Assembly (NCBI GenBank): GCA_012295275.1
Contig: CM022679.1
Coordinates: 3,162,001-3,226,000, forward strand
Direction of reading: 5' to 3'
DNA length: 64,000 nt
DNA from: Chrysomallon squamiferum
Taxonomy: Eukaryota; Animalia; Mollusca
Shown here: positions 1 through 14,136 of the stretch, one piece after another
How the letters are laid out: each line of letters begins with the position of its first letter
Position numbering within the stretch: the first letter of the stretch is position 1
Notes under the pieces: generated by a model
What the model was told of the DNA's origin: nothing
The model's input: the letters and a program-made list of their open reading frames with translations, nothing else
Databases searched by the model: none
Program-made: the position numbers and the translations under genes

Positions 1-1039
1 GGCTGGATATATCAGATATATTTCTGAGATACTATTATATTTTGATGATGATGATAATAATAGTAATAATAGAAATAATAATAATAATAATTTAAAAAAT
101 CAACAAGATAAAATCACAAGAAACAAATAACAAAAAAAAAATAAAAATAAAATATAAGAATATTTATATATAAAAAAATAAATAATATAAAATAAGAAAT
201 AAAACAATAATGATTAACAAGAACTCTCTAAACAGACTGACCTGAAATGATATTAAATTTGTTTTCTTTATTCCACATGTTTCATACGCGAAGCAGACTG
301 TTACAGACTACAAAAAACAATTGCGACTGACAATAATTATCACTCGAAACAATTTATTAAATGTAAAATTACAAATTAAAACGATTATCAACAAATTGGT
401 CTGGTTGCTTTGGGGAAATTGTTCACATCTGTTATTAATAACAGTTAGTCCAGGTCTCAAAACTGTGATGTTATTACGAGAATTAATTTTGAGTTTCCGA
501 GGTAACATCGGCTGTCGTGCTGCTATTTTTGGTTAATATTCAGTTAATAGCGAGTGTGTTATGATAGAGCGTACGTTTGGGTATTTGGAAATCTTGTTAA
601 GTCATTCATCTATGGCTGGGTCAGAGCCTGCTTCTCTCTGTGCGTTGCGTCTCTACAAATATCATTTCAAACGTTTGATTATTTGGCGATTCAAGTAGAA
701 ACACACACACATACACGCACACGCACGCACATGCACACATTAACACATACACACTAACATACGCACTCACACTAACACTACACACACACACACACTAACA
801 CACACACAGACACACATACAGTAAAACTATTTTTATTCCTCTGTTTCTTTTTATGGGGTTACGAGAAATTAAAGTTAATTTGAATAACAAAATTTTAAGG
901 AATGCCACATTTTTTTTTTTTTTTTTTTAAATAAATAACTGATTAAAAAAACTAAATCTCTACAGCTAATTTAATTTAATTTAATTTAATTTAATTAATA
1001 CCATTTCGTCTACATTCAGACTGAAACTTATTTGTCCGA

Positions 1040-1190
1040 GGTCATCAGATTAAAATGAAATTATCGGATTAACGTGAAATTAAAGGATTAAAATCCAATC
1101 AATGAATTAATGTCTGATTAACGGAACATAACGAAATTACCGGATTAGGTTAAGATTACGAATTATACAGCTATTATCGGATTAATATTA
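1040..1190. repeat. Degenerate ~19-20 bp tandem repeat with GGATTA cores
   Basis: Recurring atcggattaa/gaaatt units. Confidence 0.45.
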
Positions 1191-1718
1191 AACAAGTAGA
1201 AAGATACCACCACTGACTCTAGTTGTTGTATCTCTCCTGTTACTGACTCTTAGGTTATTTTTAAAACCAAACCCGAGGCTAGAGAGAAAGAAGTATTTTC
1301 AGAAGTCTTAGAAACGTCATGACGAGATTCCAATAAGGCGAGTCGTGTTTGGCAAAGTCACTCAGAAGAGTCAGACACGCACAGCGATTTTCTAAGAAAG
1401 TAACTGAAAGAAAAAACGTAAATGATAAGAAGCCTTATTCTTCAGAAATTTCGTAAATTTCGTTACGTGATAAATATAATGTTTTATTTATTTCTAAGGA
1501 TGGGTAAGAGAAAAGAGAGTGTAATGCAAAGTTCGTATATTCTTTCTGAAACTGATGTGGGTAGAGTGTTTTACACGTGTTTTATTGATTTCGTATTATA
1601 TTTGTTAGTACTCATCAGTTAATATGTCGGAGTCGTAAAATTATTTCCCTGTGCAATAGCTCTCTGAGTCAGCACACTGTTGTTTTCACTGAAATTGTGC
1701 AGTGTGTATGTATATATG

Positions 1719-1749
<31 letters not shown>

Positions 1750-1823
1750 CGTAATAGCAATGAATTTCATATGCAATATTTAATAGTGATTTTTCATCCA
1801 AAGGGTAATTGTGCAAAATCGCT

Positions 1824-2046
1824 CAGTCAATCAGTCAGTCAGTCAGACAGTCAGTCAGTCAGTCAGACAGTCAGTCAGTCAGTCAGTCAGTCAGTCAGAT
1901 AGTCAGTCAGAGAGTGAGTGAGTGAGTCAGTCAGTCAGAGAGTGAATGAGTGACTGAGTGAGTGAGTGAGTCAGACAGACAGTCAGTCAGTCAGACAGTC
2001 AGTCATTCAGTCAGACAGTCAGTCATTCAGTCAGACAGTCAGTCAT
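1824..2046. repeat. (TCAG)n/(GACA)n/(TGAG)n tetranucleotide microsatellite
   Basis: Directly visible. Confidence 0.9.
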
Positions 2047-2146
2047 TCGGTCTCTCTATTTGGAAATGCATGTAAGCATAATCCATCGGATCAAAAGTGG
2101 GTTTCCAGCCTGCCAACGCTGTACACATTCTGTGCCTGTTTTTCAG

Positions 2147-2306
2147 ACTGGTTGCCTTCCTGAAATAGCCTCGAAGATTGTGAAAAACAGACAGCCCGGT
2201 ATTTCTGCACTGCAGGAGACGTTTTGTGCCAACATGCTGGAAGAGTGTAAATTAATCGAACGAAGTGGATTTTCCGTGACCCGTCGCGATCTCTTTATGG
2301 AGGACG
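2147..2306 (+). CDS. C16orf89: C16orf89-like exon (TGCLPEIA...RRDLFMED)
   Basis: tttttcag acceptor, G|GTAAGT donor, 160 nt open frame. Confidence 0.85.
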
Positions 2307-3064
2307 GTAAGTCGACAAATCACTGACCTAAACACGTTGAGGCCAGAAAACACTTACACAGATATGTTTAGCACTAAAACATTTACACAGATATGTTTAG
2401 CACTAAAACATTTACACAGATATGTTTAGCACTAAAACACTTACTCCGATCTAGAAAACACTTACACAGATATGTTTAGCACTAAAACACTTACACAGAT
2501 ATGTTTAGCACTAAAACATTTACACAGATATGTTTAGCACTAAAACACTTACTCCGATCTAGAAAACACTTACACAGATATGTTTAGCACTAAAAAACAC
2601 TTACACAGATATGTTTAGCACTAAAACATTTACACAGATATGTTTAGTCCGATAGAAAACACTTACACAGATATGTTTAGCACTAACACATTTAAACAGA
2701 TATATTTAGCACTAAAACATTTACGATCTAGAAAACACTTACACAGATATGTTTAGTAACACATTTAAGTCCACAAAACAGTTACCTAAAACATTTTCCG
2801 ATCTAGATTACACAGATATGTTTAGCACTAACACATTTACACAGATATGTTAAGTCCATAAAACACTAACTTTGTTACACATTAAGTCCACAAAACAGTT
2901 ACCTACTTACGATAAGTCCACAAAACACGTACTTAGTTACGTTAGCTCCACAAAACATTCACACAGATTTGTTAAATTCACAAAACACTTATCCAGATTA
3001 CATTAAGCTGACAAAGCATTTGTCATTTATTCAGGTCGACAAAAAAAAAAACACACACATATAT

Positions 3065-3127
<63 letters not shown>

Positions 3128-3146
3128 GTATGTTACTGTGTGTGTG

Positions 3147-3181
<35 letters not shown>

Positions 3182-4214
3182 ATGTATTTATCCATTTTTC
3201 TATATACATACTTACATACACACATATAAAATTTTATATACACATATACAAACACTTGTATATTCTAGTATTTAATCAATATTGTCTTGTATGTTCTTTG
3301 TTCTCGAGCAAACGTCAAGACTCAAACATTAACGACAGCAAAAAGCCTCAGGTTAAAAATGTACAAGTCTTTGAATTCTGGATAAGATAACAACAATAAC
3401 AACAACACAAAAATGGCAAAGAAACATGTTTTTCTGTGCAACATATATTAAAATAAAGATTAAAGAATTTGTAATATCTGGAGTAGTGTTAGATTATTAA
3501 AATTCTTTGTTACGAACATGTTGTGTCGCAGCAATGACAAAGAAATAAGATTATTTTCTTGCTGCTCTTTCGAAAACAGGTTTTTTTTTTTTTTTTTTTT
3601 TTTAAATTAGATGATAAACCTTTGTTTAGTGACCCATTTTCTTCATGCAATAATTTATCTGTATTTCATACTGTTTCCAAACAAACCAACATTATCCACA
3701 AATCCGTAAAACAAAGACAAGAACCGTTATTATTACGATCACCACAGCCATTACACACTATCAGCGTAACTATTAATATTATCATCACCACAGCCATTAA
3801 CATTACTGTCACCATAACAGTCACGTTACTATCATCACAGCCAGTAAAATTAATCATCATTGTCGTTAGTATTACGACCACCACAGCGAAACTGACCGTC
3901 TTCACCTGCATTACTATTACTTACACTGTCATTACTATTACTTACACTATAGTTACTATTACTTACACTATAGTTACTATTCCTTACACTATGATTACTA
4001 TTGCTTACACTATAATTACTATTGCTTACACTATAATTACTATCGCTTACACTATAATTACTATTACTTACACTATAATTACTATTACCGTAACTACTAC
4101 TGTTATTTCTACAACATCATCACAACTGTTACTACTGCTATCACACAAAGTATTAATAACATTACTAAGTCACACATTATGGACCGTATTTTCAGTAAGT
4201 TTAGGCATTATAGC

Positions 4215-4264
<50 letters not shown>

Positions 4265-5320
4265 ATTATTAAAAGAACATGAATAAAACTACCACTACAA
4301 CTAATGATATTGCTTCTGGTACTACTACAACTACAACAACAGCTTCAGCTACTACCACAACTATTATTACTACTGATCATCATGACAATTATTATTTTAC
4401 TATTAATACTAATGCTGTTTCAGTTAAAACAAATACTGATAATAGTTTAACTAATGCTTCTATTTCAGCTTGTAAAAATCTGAGTATAATTACATTTTAA
4501 ATAATAAAAATGAAACTGTTGCTAAATCAGTAAAATAAAAACAGTTTTAATTATTATGAAATTTTGAATTTGAATTTTACAGCCGCTTTGTGTGGCATGC
4601 TGGGATTCCGAGATTTCTTCAATTCTGAATGGCTGGAGAAGATCCTGAGCTGGCAGAAACCAAAACGAGGCTGCTACCTTGCGTCACCTTTAGAAGTGTT
4701 TGAAGATGGTAATAATACATTATAAAAGAAATTATTTCTCTCTACATTTCTTATTTTATCTTTGGTTCTGTTCATTCTGTCTATCTGTTTTACAGTCTCT
4801 TTCTATCTTGTTTTTTCTGCTTGTTCGTCTGCATATGTAAACACAGATAGTTTCTGAAAAAAAATTAAATTAGATTACTATTACTGTTTGATAGTCCGAA
4901 GATAATGTTTATATTGAAAAATAAAAAGTATAAAAATCAAAATATAAGCCCATGTTATTTACTTATATACATATGAAGGCACAGTCATATACTCAATCGC
5001 ACATATACTGATGTATGTATAAATATGTGTGTTTCTATGTATAAAAACAATGTTAATTTTAACGAATATAAATCATAAATTAAATTTTTGCTGTTTTTCT
5101 TTCTTTCTTTCTTGAAGAGGATGTTCAAATGAAACAGAGCAAGATCAGACAAATGGCACGCAGCATCCAGAAACGTCACATCTCGTTGAAATCTCGCGTG
5201 AAACGAGAAGAAAAGAAACTCCCGGATGGATGTTTATTTCACAGAACCACAGTAGCCGCTAGTGCGCTTGCCCAGTACGTTCGATACATAACAGAAGTCT
5301 GGCTAATGGAAAAACAATAA
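2147..5320 (+). CDS. C16orf89: C16orf89 / UPF0764 (DUF4735) homologue, 3' part (last three coding exons; 5' exons not found in window)
   Basis: Exons 2147-2306, 4583-4708 and 5118-5320 join with consistent phases to give ...FCANMLEE..RRDLFMEDAALCGMLGFRDFFNSEWLEKILSWQKPKRGCY...RVKREEKKLPDGCLFHRTTVAASALAQYVRY..KQ*. This matches recalled C16orf89 motifs (DxFME, CG..GF.DF, WL..ILSWQ...GC, RVKR.EK..PDGC..H). Confidence 0.85.
2345..3015. repeat. ~29-bp intronic minisatellite (cacttacacagatatgtttagcactaaaa), degenerating towards the 3' end
   Basis: Many near-identical units with interspersed ccgatctagaaaa variants. Confidence 0.9.
3908..4090. repeat. 21-bp tandem repeat (actataRttactattRcttac), ~8 copies, intronic
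   Basis: Directly visible; produces the spurious TIITIAY ORF. Confidence 0.85.
4583..4708 (+). CDS. C16orf89: C16orf89-like exon (ALCGMLGFRDFF...SWQKPKRGCY...FED)
   Basis: ttttacag acceptor, G|GTAATA donor, 126 nt, phase 1-1; absent from the ORF track. Confidence 0.85.
5118..5320 (+). CDS. C16orf89: C16orf89-like terminal coding exon
   Basis: Polypyrimidine tract plus AG at 5116-5117; in frame with ORF 5129-5320; ends in TAA; AATAAA signals follow. Confidence 0.85.
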
Positions 5321-6402
5321 ATTTAGTTGCCAAAATAATGGATTGTGAAAAGAGACACGCAAAAGATGGCTGGCGATAATTGCCTGTCATAATTGTTTAA
5401 AATAAATTTTGAAGTTCAAAGTGTACATGTTTCGTACAGTTGTATAAAATTATGTTTTCAAGAGTCTGTTTCTTGCAAAAATCTCTGCTTTATTTTCGTT
5501 ATTAAAATTTGTTTTTGAAAAACGTTGAAATGGATGTTTTAGTTTTTACTTACACATGTGCATTTACAAATAAACGCAAAGTTCTATTATTTACTAACAC
5601 AAACAAAAGCTTTTCACGGTCCAAACAAAGCATAGACCCATATAATCCCATACCTTGAAGAGTAGTTTAATGTGCTTTGAACCAAATCGTCTGTAAACAC
5701 TGTTTTCAGACACTTACTCAGTGACTCGCAGTAGACGTTGGACTGTCGTTAGACTGCATTAGTTTTGGTTTGTTTTTGTAAAGCTTTGGTGACGTCCTGT
5801 CTTGCAATACCCCTGCATGAAATGCCACCATTTTTCATTTCAGTTACTCTCCATTTCTCAACAAATGCCTTGTCATTTCATAAATTCATTTGAAAACGTA
5901 AATTTTTGTTCCATTTATAAATAATAAAAATACAAAAACAAAAAAGTTGATTAGTGAAGTTGTACTGCCGCGATATTTTGATGCACACTAAAAAACATCG
6001 CAAACTGAAATGCAACCAAATGTATCATTGCTTGTAACACAGGTAAAATTTATTTTTAATTTTTCTTTCAAACCAAACTGTTATTCACAAATGGTTTGGG
6101 TGACACGAACTACATAAACATGTTATATGCTTCTGGAGGAATGAAAAACACATAACATGGCTGTTGTCATAGAGATTTTAAAAATGTTTTGTTTTCCTTT
6201 GATGTATTTTGAGGAAATGAAAGTCATGTGGTTTTGATATCTGTAAACACAGAAGATGATGACAGGCGAAGACAGCAAAGAGCGATGTTAATATTAAAAT
6301 AAAACAAAATTATTTTCATAAAATAAAAACTGAAAAAAAATTACACACAAATCAAAGGAAAACAACAAGAGCACCAACAGAAAGAGAAAATCAAGTTAAA
6401 AC

Positions 6403-6447
<45 letters not shown>

Positions 6448-7210
6448 TAATAAAAAATAAAAATTAAAAAAAAAAATTTCAAAATAACAGGTAAAACTCC
6501 TCTTCCAAAAACCTTTAAGCTAAAAAGAGTAACGTATCTTTTACAACTTCAGCAACCATAGCTCCACTACCACTACTACTCTTACAACTACAAACAACAT
6601 CAACATCGCCCTAGCTACGGCTGTTATTACTTCTACTACTACTACTTAGTATTATTACACAGTAACTTTTAGTTAAGTTTACTGTTACATATACTCCAAC
6701 TCGACAACTTAAAAAAAAAAACCCGGCAGGGAGCGGAAACCTGAGTGTGTCTCCTCACGGGATCCAGTTACTACGACGTCTCAAGACGACCCACACCCTG
6801 GAGGTTACGGCTCAAGGCGCGTTATTAAATTAGCCGAATTAAACCTCGCTAAAGCTAATCGCAAAACGCAAATCCTTCCTTAAGCCACTGTCATTGATTT
6901 TACTCGTCTGTTGGGCTTGCTGACGAGAATAGAACGCGAAACTGCGAAATGAATTCTTGTCCTCGTCTTTCTGCTTTGCGCCCGTCACCCAGAAGATCAT
7001 CGCGGCTTTAACAGGCTCGCTTCCGCCGTTTTGGTGATGTACGTTCATCCTTTTATAGTCAGAGATTAGGCAGGATCGCTCGCTGCATCTTAATCTTGAA
7101 AATCTCCGCTTTGATTCTGAATTTCTCCATTGACGAATGCCGTACACGAGTTTAATATTAAACTACTTTTACTCTTCAGATTTCTACGTTAGATTTTGGT
7201 AGAAGTTGGA

Positions 7211-7243
<33 letters not shown>

Positions 7244-10200
7244 TCAAGAATTATTTATTTACCTCTTCGTTTTATGTGTTGCTTTCTTAGTTTATTAGAT
7301 TTAATATTATTACTTAAATAATAAGGAAATGATGCAGACATCGATTTTTAATGAAAGCTGACATGAATGTAATTTTGCATATTAGTTTTTTGATAATGAA
7401 GTCTGAGGACACGGTAACTTAGGAAAATGCACGCAGACGACATTTTTTATTTTTATTTAATTGTTACATCATTTTGTAAATAGAATTTAAACAATAACAG
7501 TCAATCAAAACCTAACATTGATGATTATGATGATGATGTTGATATTAATAAAAAAATAAAATAAAATAAAATAAAATAATGCAAACAGAATTTTAATCGC
7601 CAAGTTGTTATACATTCAGTCTATGAGATGAACAATAAACTAAACAGATTTATTTATATTATTTCATTTCACTTCATTTATTAATTTATTTTAATTTAAT
7701 TTAATTTTATATATCTATAAAGTAATACACGTATTTCATTGGTTAAAGGCGATCAATATTTCCTAACAATGAAATAAAACAATAAAACACACCCGTGAAA
7801 TAGCACGGAGGCTGCCATTTTTCTTCCTTTTTTTTTTCTGACGTCACATCGTACACAGAAACACATCATGTAAAAACTGTGATTAATTAATTATTTACAA
7901 CTGATGATGAAAAACTTAACTGGCGTGAATCTCTCTCTATTTTCTATTTTTTATACGTTTCTACTTTCAGCACAGAAAGATGAGATTTCCTGATTCTAAG
8001 CGAACTTGTAATTTTACTGCCATACTGTTTTATTGGCACACCTCTGTTTTAATGCAAATAAAACATCCACTGAAAGTACACAACAATGCATTTATTTGTT
8101 CAGACCATTTGTTGGTAGATATAAATATAACAATCATTTGAAAATATAAAAAATGTCGTGATAACGCAGCATGTTACATTTCAACAAGAAATATATAAAT
8201 ATATATACACACTGTGACCATAAAGATACTATACAGTTATTTGTAATAAAGAAATGTCATGGTTAGATTAAAAACAAATGTCAAAAAATAAATATATTAC
8301 ATCAGAAAATAAATGTATTACATCAGAAAATGTTGTAACAAATATAAGCAATCAATTTTTTTTTTTTTTGCAGTCAAATATTTTATAGAGTTGTTTTTAG
8401 TTCGCCTCTTTAATAGCGTTGTTTTCAGCTTATCTGTATCGTAACTTCACGTTCACCCTGTGTATGTATGTATGTATGTATGTATATAGGTATACATGTA
8501 CATGCACCTATACAGTTTGTATGTACATATTTCTATGTTTGTACATATCCGTGAATGTATCTCAGAACTCGACAGAAAACTGGTTGTAAACAGCACTACT
8601 TTAACAATTCTCTGCATTTCGTCGTTTTTTACGTCTGCTGATTCTAATAATAGACGACGTTGCAGGAATTTGAGACGCTGCTAATAAATCAAATGACTGG
8701 ACCGTCGTAGCCGCTGTGTACTTGTTCACTGTACTATTATGACATGCAGTCGCCTTACATAAGTTAATACTCACTTGATAATACTGTTACCAAATATAGC
8801 ATGTTGTTCGAGGAACGAAAGGGAAAAAAAGGTTATTGTGTTGGAATTCACTGTAATTCAGACTGTTCACTAACAGGACAGACCCTGGCACAGATCCGGG
8901 AGGTTTATTGCATAGGGGGTGGGGGAAATAATTTCTGTTACCAGAGATTTAAAATAAGTTTTGAGAAAGCTGCCGTTGGTGGATACAGACAGACAGACAG
9001 ACAGACAGATCTATCCATGCATCCAAACATACATGTCTGCACTCAACCCATCCTCTTACAAAAAGTTTTACCCATTTATTTCAGTAATTAATTTCTTTTT
9101 TTTTTTTTTTTTAAAATCTTTTTTTATTGTTTTTTTCCACCTTAAAATCATCAGTCTTTATTAAACAAAATTAGTTTTTGTCAGTAGACAAATTCAGACA
9201 TCCTAGAGTCAAGACTAAGTGGCCATTTTTTTCAGCGTCTGTTTAAACTAACGTGTATCTTATTAACTGATAACGTGTTAAAATCATTTGTTACAAAAAC
9301 TAACTAAATCAACCATGACAAATAAGCATGTGTAGATAATAAGCATAAATAACGAAACTTTAATGCATAAATAAATTTATGAACGAACGTGTAAGACTCC
9401 AATAACATTTCAAGATTAACGGTCACTATACGACAGTTATAAGCTTTTTTTTTAGCGCTGAGGCAACACTATAGCAAAGTTTCACTGTAGCTTATTCCCG
9501 TAGACACGCAAGCACATGTCACGATACTTGATAAACGTTTGTGGAACACAAGTAGGAGAAAAAACAGCGAGCGAGTTTGATTCTTCGTTTCAGCGATCTC
9601 GATTCGGAAACTTGGATGTTTAATAAATATTACAAGAAATCTCTAAGATTTACATATTTACGACTCAGAAAAATAAACACTAGATTAAAACAAAAACAGA
9701 ATTTATACAATGGCGTCACGCGCGGTTCGTGACCAAGGGGAATAACTCTAGACGCATTCTGATACCGAATAAAGGACAGTTGTGTCCCAAAGTAAACGAA
9801 TTTTGTTTTACGTTTTGTCTTACAATAAAATAATTAATAAAATACACTGTAAATTGTAAAATGGACACATTATTGTTAACGACTGTTAGTCATATATTTA
9901 AATATGAGCTGCTAATGATTGTAAGATAGGTTTAATAGAAACTTGTCTTTTATGTACACCGTCCAGTAGATAGGTGATATATACAACTTTTATTGGTAAA
10001 TCGGTCATTGTCTCTTGGCTGGAACGGGATATAAATCCAATAGGAACAGGCTGGACCATCGTCATCATGATTGCTTAATACTTTATTTTTTTCCCAGAGG
10101 TTAATAAAATGGAGACAATAACGTAAAACCAGTTTCTATCTCGCTTTATTCACATGAAAATATCTCTCTTACTCTTGTTGTTTCTCTGTCTCTGCACCAG

Positions 10201-13200
10201 TTTTCTTTAATGAGCTGTCTACGAGTGCTTTAACATTAATTTTATCACAAGCAAACAGAAACATTTAATTTTCTCATATTAAGCCAACCCACTGGACCAT
10301 CAAATAAAACCATCAGAAATTAAGAACAATGAAAACTTCTTGAGGAATAAATTTTATTGGAACAAATCGACATTAAAAACGGGAAATTTCTCACGATTTC
10401 GGAGAAACGGGTCGTGGAGATATTGACCCCAGGATCATCACGGAATTAAAATAAAAACAACGTCTGAAACAGTCGCAGCTGCCTGCACGCAGTCGAGTGA
10501 CGTCGTTACCGACGGTTGGTGACTCCACATACACGTGGCACACTTTTACCATTTCGGCTTTCACGTCATCGTCTGGCAGACTTTCACTTTATCGTCGCTC
10601 CATCTAATTCGCTCTAATGGCCACGAATGCTAGAAATCCGGTTCGGGTACACGGTTTATGTTCTATCGATAATGCTGACAAAACCAGACCTTTAAAACGT
10701 ATGCTGTTGGAATGTTATTGCTTGGGAATGTACCCCGCGCATGTCCCGCGAACAAAACCTCCAGTCTCCCGAGTCCTGCATGCATTGATCATCAAACGAA
10801 GACGATCTTAAATTTCGGTGAACGTTCGGCAGGTTTCGTACATTATCGTGCACCTACCGACGATAATTTGTCCTTTGATTAAAAGCCCCGTGGCCCTTCA
10901 CCAGTCTTCCACACGAACGGACCCGGTAGGGATCGCTTTAAAGGAGAATGTAGCGCGCGACGGGTGTGGCTGTTTGTGTGTGTTTTGCGAAAGCCGTAGT
11001 TGCAGACGACATACTGTGACGGTGGCATTGAAAGAAAGGATAAATCAAAATTATTGCAGAAGGAAAAAAAAAAAAAAAAAAAAGCTACACAAGAAGAAGA
11101 AACAAGAAAACTCGGCAAACAGCTTGGGGGAAAGATTTTATTTCAAATGAAAGTGTACCGAAAATTTGATGTCAGCTTTTCATCGCATGCCATTCATTTT
11201 TTTTTTTTTTTTTTTTTTTATTTTTTGCTTTCTTTTTTATTCTCGGTCTTATTTTTGTATTTAATATCAAATGCCAATACAGACTGAAATGATAATACAA
11301 AAGTGATATAAACTATATTGTAATCCAGCGTAGAAAGCTTTAATAGCACTGTAACACATTCAAGATCCTAATCAGCGTAACCTTTCAAGCATAATTTAAC
11401 ATTGGAATATAAAACATTCACTTTGAAATATCTAAAATATATTTAACCCATTTGTTTTCTCCACGACTTTTTATTTTATCACACACACATCGTTTTTTCT
11501 TCTTTACACACATATTTTCGTTATATCTTTTTTTAAATTATAACGTCAATTTTGTAATCGCTTTTAAACATCGTACGATACACGTTTATCATTTAATTTG
11601 TTTTATCTCAGTAACATAAATTAATCGGAACTTTTCTGTGTTTATGCAGAATATTTTTAACTTTAAAATAATTATGACAATTATTCTAACAGGTTGGCCA
11701 GGGTGATGCGATCCTGTGACCTTTGACACCCATTCAGGCACTTCATATTAATACAAGTTACATTGGGTGTCTTTAAAACAAACAGTTACGCAAAATGGTT
11801 TGGAGAAACATGCGATTTAAAGTATCGTAACAATTCATGTCTTTATTATAAAATCACTTTATTGTACTTCCAGCTGATTTAGAAATGGAAGTTACAGAGT
11901 TTTATGTTCAAATACTTCAATTTCATAACTATATATATATTTATTTCTTTATAATTATTATTATTATTGTAATAAATTTTATTTAATACACTTCAGAAAT
12001 AATCAGTGGTATTTGTTTTCAGAACATTATCGCCTCGGTTCAGTTCTTTAAAGTGATTCACGGGTTGTTTTAAGACCAACATGCTGAGAATTACAAGTTT
12101 TCTGAACTGCGACGTTTTAAAACGTTTTGTTCTGAGAATGTATGAGCTGTTACTTTGTTTGCTAGTGACATGTAAATTTGTTTTACTTGTTTGTTTATTT
12201 TACACTTATTATACTAGTGTATTTTGTTTTGTGTCTTGTTTTAATGCTTTATTACAATGGTTACATACGGAGATTGTATATCAAATTGTTATCTTTGTTT
12301 CGTTTTTATGCATTGCTTTAAAATATTTAATATTATCATTACCTTTTACTATAGAGAGAGAGAAACAGAGAAAGAGAGAGAGAAAACAGTTACTTATAAA
12401 TTTAATTACGAATGTTTGACATCCAGAAGATGATAAAAAAAAAAAGATAAAAAAAGATAAAAAAAGTTCCACTTTCATTACCCGATATATTTACAGAAAT
12501 CAGGTCCCTGAGCCTCGACTCCCCCCATCAAAAAAAAAAAAAAAAAAAAAAAATAATAAAATAAAAAAAAAAAAAATATTTATTATTATTATTGTTGTTA
12601 ATACAAGATATCAGTTAAGGGTTTTGCAAACACCAGACACAAAACTTTAAAGGGAAAAAAACGTCTGAAAAGCCCCGAGTTCTGCCTCGGGCTGTGGTTT
12701 TGCGCCCTGGTTTTGTACACGACTCACTTAGTGTACATCTTTTTTATGTGTCGTTTATTATCCTTAAAACCTTTCCCCACACGACGACAAATTCCAACAA
12801 GAGACGTTGCCATAAAAAAACATCAAACTGACAGTGTCCTTTTATCACCCCGTGTTAACCCAAAAAAAAAAAAAAAAAAAACCCAGCTCGCCCTTCCTCA
12901 ATCCACTCGCCCAATTCAGACACGAACGACCCGCTGTAACAAGTCAAACTCGATCTCAATCGTCTTATCGCTTCGTGCCATCTAAATTGTACGCCGTCGT
13001 TTTGTGGACCACTTCAGACGAAGAAAAGTGAAGTCTTTAAGCGAAGAGACATAACTAAAACATCCCATGTGTTTTCACTTCAGCAATGTCAGTGGTTTTG
13101 ACGTTCGCTTGTGCTGTTATTTCCGCGGGGACGGTCCGCTGCACATACGCGTGTTTCGCCCGCATTGACACCGAGCGGATTGTCTCTGTCGAGAAAAGAC

Positions 13201-13667
13201 GCGTTTCGAAGGTCTTTACGCAAGGACAAATCTCGTGTGAATGTGCGTGGATCTCGAGGTACTTTCTCGAGCGCAGCCGAATGGGTCACAATGACGAGGC
13301 CGTGACAGCTTTGTTGTCGTCGTATCATCTCATGTCAAAACTAATCGAAGACGACGTGCCTGGTGTGTACACCGTGGCAGGGTGCATCCCAATTGATGCG
13401 GCTGTCGTCTTTGTTAGCAGGCTTGTTTAGAGACCGCTTCAAGGGGCGTAATTTTGACGTTTTTTTTTTTTTTTTTTTTTTTCAAAAATGGCCCTCACAG
13501 GAGAAATGGAAGCAGAACTCAAAAGTGAAGCTGTTTGCTGCTTAAATGCTGATGAATAAAATGCTGAGTATGTTTTTATTTGAGTGTAAGTGTTTTTATA
13601 ACAATTACTGCCATGCACATTTTCTTCTCCTGAGTGCAGAGACCAAAATATAAATAAATACATACGT

Positions 13668-14136
13668 GTGTAAGTACGTACATACATACATACATACATA
13701 CGTACGTACATACATACATACATACATACATACATACATACATACGTACATACATACGTACAGTACTTAATACATACATACATACGTACTTACATACATA
13801 CATACATACGTACATTACATACATACATACGTACTTACATACATACATAGTACGTACATACATACATACATACATAAATACATACATACATACATACATA
13901 CATACATACATAAATACATAAATACATACATACATACATACATACGTACGTACGTACATACGTACTTACATACATACATAAATAAATACATACATACAAA
14001 CATACATAAATAAATACATACATACATAAATAAATAAATACATACATACATACATACATACATACTTACATACATACATAAATAAATAAATAAATAAATA
14101 CATACATACATACATACATATATAAATAAATAAATA
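13668..14136. repeat. (TACA)n/(TAAA)n compound microsatellite
   Basis: Directly visible. Confidence 0.95.

Noticed and set aside
2345-3015. CRISPR-like appearance of ~29-bp repeats
   Set aside because: No unique spacers, eukaryotic intron, no cas genes
3559-4272. 237-aa Thr/Ile-rich ORF
   Set aside because: Generated by a 21-bp tandem repeat and (ATT)n inside a C16orf89 intron; no domain signature
13086-13430. 114-aa ORF in a GC-richer island
   Set aside because: No recognisable motif or splice-consistent partner exons; more likely regulatory DNA
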